Of a stretch of 64,000 nt of DNA, positions 57,125 to 64,000 are shown piece after piece; position 1 is the first letter of the stretch; each line of letters opens with the position of its first letter. The DNA is from Spirochaetales bacterium (lineage in GTDB: Bacteria > Spirochaetota > Spirochaetia > UBA9216). The position numbers were made by a program, and so were the translations under genes. The notes under the pieces were generated by a model that searched no databases, was not told the DNA's origin, and saw only the letters and a program-made list of their open reading frames with translations. The DNA is taken from the NCBI GenBank assembly GCA_016839055.1, contig JAEKNX010000006.1, positions 242,864 through 306,863 on the forward strand. Reading direction: 5' to 3'.

Positions 57125-58120
57125 ATGTCAATAAAAAAGGTAACAGTTTACGATATTGCTGAAGAACTTGGAATCTCATCGAGCACCGTTTCAAGAGTAC
57201 TTAATAACTCCAGCCTCATTGGTGATGACCGCAGGAAGATGATTCTTGATACTGCACAGAGGCTTGGTTACAAAAAGCGAACGATAAAAAAACAGAGCGG
57301 CAGGGCCATTTTGAATATCAGATTGTTCCTGCCTCCGGCAAAGTATAATTACATCCATCTTTTTTATGATGTGGCGGAATTGATTCTAGGGCTCCAGAAG
57401 GGCTTCGATGACGTAAAGGCTAATATCATCACCAGCATAAATGATGGTGATCTGTCGCTGATTGAATCTAAAAAACTCGGTGACATTGACGGCTGCGTTT
57501 TTGCGTTTACCGTGCCGTCCGATGAACTAGAATCATACCTCGAAGAAAAGCAGATTCCCATCATTCTCCTCAACCGTGAACAGCCTGAAAACAATTATGT
57601 GATGATCGATAATAAAACCGGGATGCAGAAACTGGCAGATGCTGTCATCAAAAAAAGAGGTGATGTAAAACCCTGTTATATAGGGTTTAATCCGATAGAG
57701 AGGGTCTCGCAGAAGAGACAGCAGGGTCTGATCGAAGCATTCAAGGCAAAAGGCCAGGTAATAGCAGAGGAGGATATATTTAATGTAACTGAGATTACCG
57801 AAATATCCGAATCTGTCATCGGCACTATTTTAAAGCGGGGGTACAACGCGGTATTCTGTTTTAATGATATCGTAGCTGTTGCAATGTATCATGCTGTTTT
57901 GCATGAAGGACTAAGCCTTCCTGACTGTTTCAGCCTCACCGGTTTTGATAATTCTCCAGTATTAAAGCTTCTTGATAAACCAATTAACACAATAAACTTT
58001 TCTGTCGAAACACTCGGCTATGAGGCAGGCGTCTGGCTGCGTTCCTGGGTTGTAGAACGAAAATGTGAAAGCATGCAGAAAAAAATTGACGGCGAATATA
58101 TTCAGGGAGAAACGGTTTAA
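57125..58120 (+). CDS. LacI-family transcriptional regulator
   Basis: TVYDIAEELGISSSTVSRVLN; IDNKTG; FCFNDIVA; GFDN. Confidence 0.9.
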   Translation: MSIKKVTVYDIAEELGISSSTVSRVLNNSSLIGDDRRKMILDTAQRLGYKKRTIKKQSGRAILNIRLFLPPAKYNYIHLFYDVAELILGLQKGFDDVKANIITSINDGDLSLIESKKLGDIDGCVFAFTVPSDELESYLEEKQIPIILLNREQPENNYVMIDNKTGMQKLADAVIKKRGDVKPCYIGFNPIERVSQKRQQGLIEAFKAKGQVIAEEDIFNVTEITEISESVIGTILKRGYNAVFCFNDIVAVAMYHAVLHEGLSLPDCFSLTGFDNSPVLKLLDKPINTINFSVETLGYEAGVWLRSWVVERKCESMQKKIDGEYIQGETV

Positions 58121-58121
58121 T

Positions 58122-60194
58122 ATGGCGCAGCTTACCTGCTCGGTTACCGCCGACGGTTTAGAAATTCCTGTTTACAGGACTAAAGTTCTAATAGCCGGCT
58201 CCGGGGCCGCCTCTCTCTCCTGTGCGCTTCATCTGAGCCGAATGGGAGAAGAAGATGTCCTTGTTGTAACCGACAACCTTAATGGCGGAACATCTCGTAA
58301 TACCGGCTCAGACAAGCAGACCTACTATAAGCTGTCAGACAGCACCCTTGAGCCTGATTCAGCCTACGATATGGCAGAAGCTCTGGCTGGCTGTGGATGT
58401 GTGAACGGAGACATAGCTCTAGTTGAGGCTGTATGTTCCTCCCGGGCTTTTTACAATCTTGTAAATATCGGTGTTCCCTTTCCTCATAATCGCTATGGCG
58501 GATATACAGGATATAAAACAGATCATGATCCGGCAAGCCGAGGGACATCCACAGGACCATTCACGTCAAAACTGATGGTTGAGTGTCTGCTCGATGAGGT
58601 TAATCGCTACGGAACCGAAATATGGAACTCGCATGATGTGGTCAGAATTTTGAGCCTTGACGGCGAGCAGCATACTGCTGATAGATCCGGAGCAAAGATA
58701 GCCGGCGTCCTGGTTATGGATAAACATCAGCTTAACAATGGCAGCTTTGGCCTGAAGATTATTCTGACCGACAATCTGGTTCTGGGGCTCGGTGGACCTG
58801 CTGGGCTCTATGAATCATCTGTCTATCCGAAGATTCATACCGGTGGAATCGGGTTGGCCCTCGAAATTGGCGCCGAAGCAGCAAATTTGACTGAATCCCA
58901 GTTCGGAATTGCCTCGATTAAGCATAGGTGGAATCTCTCAGGCAGTTATCAGCAGGTTATCCCCGCCTACTACAGTACTGATGAGGACGGCAGTAACCGT
59001 AATGATTTTCTCCTCCCGTATTTTAGTTCCTATGAAGCTTATACCAAAGCGGTTTTTCTGAAAGGTTATCAATGGCCCTTTGATTCATCTAAGGCTATCG
59101 GCGGGTCATCAATTATCGATCTGCTGATTTATATAGAAAGAATGAATGGCCGCAGAGTTTTTATGGATTTCCGTGAAAATCCCGCCGGAAAAGCGTCCTG
59201 GGGCGATTTTAATCGAAACTGCGTATCAAAAACAGCCCTCGAATATCTTGATAACTCCGCCGCCTGGGCAAAGACGCCGATCAGGCGGCTTGGCAAACTG
59301 AATCCAGATTCAATTGAGCTTTACAGAATGTTCGGGATCAATCTCGAAACTGAAGCTCTCGAGATTGATGTCTGCGCCCAGCATAATAACGGCGGGCTCG
59401 CGGGAGATATCTGGTGGGAGTCTACTAACATAAGCAGGTTGTTTCCAATCGGTGAAATCAACGGTTCACACGGCATAAGCCGGCCCGGCGGCTCGGCCTT
59501 GAACTCCGGTCAGGTTGGGGCCCTCAGGGCTGCCCAGCGCATCGTCTCTTACAGCAGTGAAACCAGAGAGATGGGCCCATCGCCGTCTGAGCGCACCGAG
59601 GTTCTCTCTGCTTTTTTGCCGCAGATAGAGTCAATTGTAGCCTTCATCAGGACCTGCACCGGGGGCTCTGATGAAGCAGGCCGTGAAGATGATCTATCAC
59701 CCGAGGACTTCCGGCAGGAATACCGCAGGCGGATGAGCATTTACGGCGGAATGGTTCGCGACCCACAGAGCATGAGTGAAACTCTTGCATCGGCCGCCTC
59801 TCAGATGGAGAGGGCTTCACATCAGCGGTGTTCCGAAGTTGAATGTCTGCCTCAGGTTCTCAAAAACCGGCACATGGTGATTACGCATTTTTGCTACCTT
59901 GCCGCGATGGCTGATTATCTTGAAAACGGCGGTGGAAGCCGCGGCAGCTGTATTGTGCTTGATTCGGAAGGTTCTGAAATCCACGGTCTTCTTGGTGAAC
60001 GATGGAAACTGAGGCCTGAAAATATTGAAAAGAGAAATTTAATCCAGATAATTAGACTGAAATCTGAAGGTGGTAAAGCTTCTACAATAGTCAGTGAATA
60101 TCGTAGAGCCCGTCCAATTCCGATGGAGACTTACTGGTTCGAAAAGGTCTGGTCTGATTTTAAGTCTAATAGTCATATTAAGGAGAAAAAATAA
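58122..60194 (+). CDS. FAD-binding oxidoreductase of the SdhA/FrdA/NadB superfamily, unknown substrate
   Basis: GSGAA, GTSRNTGSDKQTYYK, QHNNGG, IGEINGSHG..RPGGSAL, SRG. Confidence 0.82.
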   Translation: MAQLTCSVTADGLEIPVYRTKVLIAGSGAASLSCALHLSRMGEEDVLVVTDNLNGGTSRNTGSDKQTYYKLSDSTLEPDSAYDMAEALAGCGCVNGDIALVEAVCSSRAFYNLVNIGVPFPHNRYGGYTGYKTDHDPASRGTSTGPFTSKLMVECLLDEVNRYGTEIWNSHDVVRILSLDGEQHTADRSGAKIAGVLVMDKHQLNNGSFGLKIILTDNLVLGLGGPAGLYESSVYPKIHTGGIGLALEIGAEAANLTESQFGIASIKHRWNLSGSYQQVIPAYYSTDEDGSNRNDFLLPYFSSYEAYTKAVFLKGYQWPFDSSKAIGGSSIIDLLIYIERMNGRRVFMDFRENPAGKASWGDFNRNCVSKTALEYLDNSAAWAKTPIRRLGKLNPDSIELYRMFGINLETEALEIDVCAQHNNGGLAGDIWWESTNISRLFPIGEINGSHGISRPGGSALNSGQVGALRAAQRIVSYSSETREMGPSPSERTEVLSAFLPQIESIVAFIRTCTGGSDEAGREDDLSPEDFRQEYRRRMSIYGGMVRDPQSMSETLASAASQMERASHQRCSEVECLPQVLKNRHMVITHFCYLAAMADYLENGGGSRGSCIVLDSEGSEIHGLLGERWKLRPENIEKRNLIQIIRLKSEGGKASTIVSEYRRARPIPMETYWFEKVWSDFKSNSHIKEKK

Positions 60195-61072
60195 TGCTTA
60201 TTCAGCAATTATTGAATGGTATTTCACTAGGTGCGGTATATGCGATCATTGCGGTTGGTTTTGCGCTGGTTTTTAATATCCTGAAGTTCAGTAATTTTTC
60301 ACACGGTGGTGTTTTGACCGTGACCGCTTACGCAGGCTTCCTGATTTCATCAAAACTGAATCTCGGTTTTGTTCCAACAATTTTGCTGACGGCAGTTGCC
60401 GGAGGTTTGATTGCAATGGGCATTGAGAGGGTTGCGTTCCGAAGGCTCAGAAAGAAGGGAAGCCCGATAATCTTGTATTTTGTTTCATCAATAACAATGG
60501 GTATGCTGCTTGAAAATCTTATTACAGTTTTTTTCTCCAGCAATTTTTACTCATATCCGAAATTTTTTGAAAAGTCGTCTTTTACTATTTTCGGGCTGAA
60601 TATGGCGGTGACCGATGCGCTGATGCTGATTATCAGTATTGTTTCACTAACCATCCTAATGGTTGTAATCTATAAGACGAGACTCGGCATAGCCATAAGG
60701 GCATTGTCGATGGATACAAATACTACGAGTCTGATGGGAATAAACGTGAACGCGGTAATTGCGGCAACCTTCTTTGTTGTCGGTTGTCTAGGAGGAATTG
60801 CGGGTGTTTTTCTCGGGCTTAATTACACGCTGTACCCCCAGCTGGGACAACTTATTGTTAAGGGTTTTATTGCATCAGTGCTTGGAGGTCTTGGAAATCT
60901 ATTCGGCGCGGTTCTCGGCGCAATCCTTTTAGGGGTGCTCGAAGTTACTCTTACTAATATACCATTTATCGGAGCCGGATTATCACCGGTCGTTATTTTT
61001 GTAATCATGCTGATCTTTCTAATCCTTCGCCCTCAGGGCATTGCAGGAAAGATTGTGCATGAAAAGGCATAG
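60194..61072 (+). CDS. livH: Branched-chain amino acid-type ABC permease
   Basis: QQLLNGISLGAVYAIIAVG, NFSHG, GIAIRA, RPQG. Confidence 0.9.
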   Translation: MLIQQLLNGISLGAVYAIIAVGFALVFNILKFSNFSHGGVLTVTAYAGFLISSKLNLGFVPTILLTAVAGGLIAMGIERVAFRRLRKKGSPIILYFVSSITMGMLLENLITVFFSSNFYSYPKFFEKSSFTIFGLNMAVTDALMLIISIVSLTILMVVIYKTRLGIAIRALSMDTNTTSLMGINVNAVIAATFFVVGCLGGIAGVFLGLNYTLYPQLGQLIVKGFIASVLGGLGNLFGAVLGAILLGVLEVTLTNIPFIGAGLSPVVIFVIMLIFLILRPQGIAGKIVHEKA

Positions 61073-61081
61073 AGGACTGCA

Positions 61082-61942
61082 ATGGGTTTATTATTCTCTG
61101 TTTTAACATTTACATCGATTACGATAATCGGCGTTATCAGTATTTTTATAATAACCGGACTCACCGGATTGTTCTCACTCGGTCAAGCTTCGTTTATGGC
61201 TATCGGGGCATATACCTCTGGCCTGCTTGTCACAAAGCTGGGAATGCCGTTTCCGCTGGCAATTATCATCTCGGTTGCCATGGGCGTACTATTCGGTCTG
61301 ATTGTTGGGCTGCCGACTATCCGGCTCCGGCGTGACTACATCGCCCTTGTTACTTTCGGATTCGGCGAGGCTATTATTGCGGTTCTTAATAATATGACAA
61401 GCGTAACCGGCGGGGCAACCGGAATGGCGGGGCTTCCCCAATATACTAATTTAGCTCTTGCAGGCGGATCAGCTGTGGTCTGTATTTTCATGGCACGAAA
61501 TTTTAAATATTCACGTTTCGGCAGGCAATGTCTTGCCCTCAAGACTGATGAACTAGCCGCAAAAAGCATCGGTATTAATGTAACACGATTAAAGCTTACA
61601 GCTTTTCTTGTTTCGGCTGGAATGACGGCATATGCCGGGGTTCTGTTCGGTTTTTATACCACCTATGTCGACCCGGGAATCTTTAACTGGACCAAGTCTG
61701 CTGAGTGGATAATCATGGTCTTCTTCGGCGGAATAGGCAGTCTCACTGGCGCCATAGTCTCAGCTCTCATCCTTGGGACACTGCCGGAAATCCTGCGTTT
61801 TGCCTCGGAATGGCGGATAGTTATCTATAGTGTCACGGTTCTGATAATTATCAATTACAGACCGAAGGGGCTGCTCGGAGAAAGAGAACTCAAGCTTGCC
61901 GACATCAAAAAGCTGTTTTCATCATGGAGGAAGGCATTATGA
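61082..61942 (+). CDS. livM: Branched-chain amino acid-type ABC permease
   Basis: GLFSLGQASFMAIGAY, RLRRDYIALVTFGFGE, DELAAKSIG, RPKGLLG. Confidence 0.9.
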   Translation: MGLLFSVLTFTSITIIGVISIFIITGLTGLFSLGQASFMAIGAYTSGLLVTKLGMPFPLAIIISVAMGVLFGLIVGLPTIRLRRDYIALVTFGFGEAIIAVLNNMTSVTGGATGMAGLPQYTNLALAGGSAVVCIFMARNFKYSRFGRQCLALKTDELAAKSIGINVTRLKLTAFLVSAGMTAYAGVLFGFYTTYVDPGIFNWTKSAEWIIMVFFGGIGSLTGAIVSALILGTLPEILRFASEWRIVIYSVTVLIIINYRPKGLLGERELKLADIKKLFSSWRKAL

Positions 61943-62709
61943 GTATTCTGAAGACAGAAAATATAGCAAAACATTTCGGCGGAATTTACGCTATTAAAGA
62001 TATATCAATTGAGCTTGGACGTAATGATCTTGTAAGCATCATTGGACCCAACGGAGCAGGTAAAACAACCCTGTTCAATCTGATATCAGGCGTTTATAAA
62101 CCAGAACATGGAAAGGTCATTTTTCAGGATAGTGATATTACAACTCAGCCCCCGCATATGAGATCGCGCGGCGGTATTTCGCGGACATTTCAGAATATCA
62201 GGTTGTTTGAAGGACTTAGCGTAAAGGAGAATATCCTTGCGGCAATGGATCCAAGGTCGAAGTATAACCTTTTTGACGCCTTTTTTCTTACACCGGCCAG
62301 GATGAAACAAGATAAGGAGAATGTTGAAAAAGCACATGAGCTGCTTGATATAATCGGACTATGGAACGAGCGCGACAAGCAGCCGGGTAATCTTCCTTAC
62401 GGCCTCCAAAGAAAACTTGAAATAGCCCGGGCTCTTGCCTCTGAACCGGCGGTCCTTCTTCTTGATGAACCTGCCGCAGGTCTTAACCCCAGTGAAGTGA
62501 GAGATTTTATCGACCTTATTCATAAAATAAAGGAGGACTTTGGTCTTTCCATCCTTCTCATTGAGCACCGGATGCAGGTTGTAATGGAGATGTCGAGGTG
62601 GATTTATGTTATTAACTTTGGAGAGCTGCTTGCACAGGGAAAGCCCGATGAAATACAGAAAAATCCAGAGGTTATAAAGGCCTACATCGGCGAGGAGGAA
62701 GCATGCTGA
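61939..62709 (+). CDS. livG: Branched-chain amino acid-type ABC ATPase
   Basis: GPNGAGKTT, RTFQNIRLF, LPYGLQRKLEIARAL, LDEPAAG, IEH. Confidence 0.92.
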   Translation: MSILKTENIAKHFGGIYAIKDISIELGRNDLVSIIGPNGAGKTTLFNLISGVYKPEHGKVIFQDSDITTQPPHMRSRGGISRTFQNIRLFEGLSVKENILAAMDPRSKYNLFDAFFLTPARMKQDKENVEKAHELLDIIGLWNERDKQPGNLPYGLQRKLEIARALASEPAVLLLDEPAAGLNPSEVRDFIDLIHKIKEDFGLSILLIEHRMQVVMEMSRWIYVINFGELLAQGKPDEIQKNPEVIKAYIGEEEAC

Positions 62710-63449
62710 AAATATCAAATCTATCAGCCTCATACGATCATATTGATGCCCTGCATAATGTAAACATCGAAGTCGCCGAAGGAAGTATTGTCAGTATTAT
62801 CGGCTCAAATGGTGCCGGAAAAACAACCCTTCTAAATACTATAAGCGGGCTGGTTCCGGCAAAAGAGGGAGCTATAACCTATAAGGGGGTACCTCTGGAA
62901 AAAATTGCTCACATCATTGTCCAGAAAGGAATTGTACAGGTTCCTGAGGGTCGGAAAATCTTTGCCGGACTCAGCGTACGGGAAAACCTTATCCTTGGCG
63001 GCTTCCACCTGGGTAAGCATGAGCGCAGGGTGAAGATTGAAGAGATGTTCAAAAGATTTCCAAGACTGAAGGAACGAGAAAGCCAGCAGGCCGGAACAAT
63101 GAGCGGCGGAGAGCAGCAGATGCTGGCAATATGCCGGGGCCTGATGTCGAATCCGAAACTCATCCTTCTTGATGAGCCTTCGCTCGGTCTGGCACCCGTA
63201 CTCGTATCCGATGTGTTCAAGCAGATTGCCGAAATCCGCAGGATGGGAATTACCGTGCTCTTAGTCGAACAGAACGCCCGAAAGGCCTTGTCTATGTGTG
63301 ATTACGCCTATGTTCTGGAGAACGGGCGGGTCATTCTTCAGGGCCGAGGTGAAGAACTCCTGTGCAATGAAGCAATCAGCAAAGCCTATCTCGGAGAATC
63401 TCAGGGGTGCAAAGAAGATGCAGGCGCCGATGATGAAGGAAAGCTTTAA
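62703..63449 (+). CDS. livF: Branched-chain amino acid-type ABC ATPase
   Basis: GSNGAGKTT, VPEGRKIF, MSGGEQQMLA, LDEPSLGLAP, VEQNA. Confidence 0.93.
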   Translation: MLKISNLSASYDHIDALHNVNIEVAEGSIVSIIGSNGAGKTTLLNTISGLVPAKEGAITYKGVPLEKIAHIIVQKGIVQVPEGRKIFAGLSVRENLILGGFHLGKHERRVKIEEMFKRFPRLKERESQQAGTMSGGEQQMLAICRGLMSNPKLILLDEPSLGLAPVLVSDVFKQIAEIRRMGITVLLVEQNARKALSMCDYAYVLENGRVILQGRGEELLCNEAISKAYLGESQGCKEDAGADDEGKL

Positions 63450-64000
63450 TGCTGTGCTCTCCGGTTGTCTATGAGCATGCGGCTCGCTTTATCGGGCGCA
63501 GCCCCTATGAGGTTTCGCAGTCCGCTAAGCTCCTTTCTGATGCGCACATAGCCGCCTGGCGGTACTATAAACATTCTCCTGTAACTATAGGAATAGACAT
63601 CTACAATCTTGAGGCCGAGGCATTCGGCTCGAAGGTAGACATTCCTGAAGGAAATGAAGTGCCTGGGATCTCCGGCAGTATTATAGGCAGTCTTGATGAG
63701 CTCCTGACGCTTCGGCCCCTAAGTCTTAATGAGTCCGGCCGGTATCCGCTTCACATAGAGGCGGCCCGAAGGGTTAGGGCCGAGCTCCCTGAGGCTGATG
63801 TGCGGCTGCCGCTGTCAGGACCTTTCTCAATCGCGTCAAACCTGCTTGGTTTTGAGAAACTGCTGATGGCCTCAATCATGGAGCAGGATAAAACCCGGGC
63901 CGTCCTCGAGCATATCACAGGACTGCAGATTGAACTCGCAAGGCAGATTGTAGAGAGCGGGTTTGAGGTAAGCTTCTTTGAGTCGGCTGCCGCGCCGCCG
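63449..64000 (+). CDS. Uroporphyrinogen decarboxylase / MtaA-CmuA family TIM-barrel protein (partial, runs off the right edge)
   Basis: Not in the ORF track. TAATG overlap with livF; translation MLCSPVVYEHAARFIG...GIDIYNLEAEAFG...LSGPFSIASNLLGFEKL...FFESAAAPP. Confidence 0.78.
   Translation, partial: MLCSPVVYEHAARFIGRSPYEVSQSAKLLSDAHIAAWRYYKHSPVTIGIDIYNLEAEAFGSKVDIPEGNEVPGISGSIIGSLDELLTLRPLSLNESGRYPLHIEAARRVRAELPEADVRLPLSGPFSIASNLLGFEKLLMASIMEQDKTRAVLEHITGLQIELARQIVESGFEVSFFESAAAPP

Noticed and set aside
58122-60194. True succinate dehydrogenase / fumarate reductase
   Set aside because: No FeS or membrane subunits are adjacent, and the covalent-FAD His motif (SHT..A.GG) is absent.

Overview
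Chromosomal window from an anaerobic bacterium, most likely a free-living spirochaete. This is inferred from the spirochaete-style lipoproteins, a FadL-like outer-membrane protein, MCPs and an FeS-rich redox gene set. It holds about 50 CDSs; I saw no rRNA, tRNA, CRISPR array or mobile element. The main candidate system is a compact minus-strand operon at 5105-9081: a Cys-rich MarR repressor with a tandem TTGC-N5-GCAA operator, an ArsM-like arsenite methyltransferase, an unannotated 31-aa precursor peptide (MKSLIKKKPESGTTVAQCCAKLSKVVAGCHD) followed by a stem-loop, a radical SAM/SPASM maturase, and a thioredoxin-thioredoxin reductase fusion. This looks like an arsenic-linked RiPP pathway. Other notable loci: a sensory [FeFe]-hydrogenase-MCP fusion; a hydrogenase-less HydABC-type (Nfn/Stn-like) complex upstream of transketolase; a sigma-54 promoter before an outer-membrane protein; a DUF1893(TM1506)-ABC ATPase fusion in a metal importer; pfk-ppk1 linkage; a highly structured intergenic element at 54.7-55.0 kb; and an uncharacterised catabolic island (SDR, OYE, atypical LacI with TTGCATGCAA operators, flavoprotein, Liv ABC, URO-D family). 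All family calls come from reading motifs by eye; no database searches were run.
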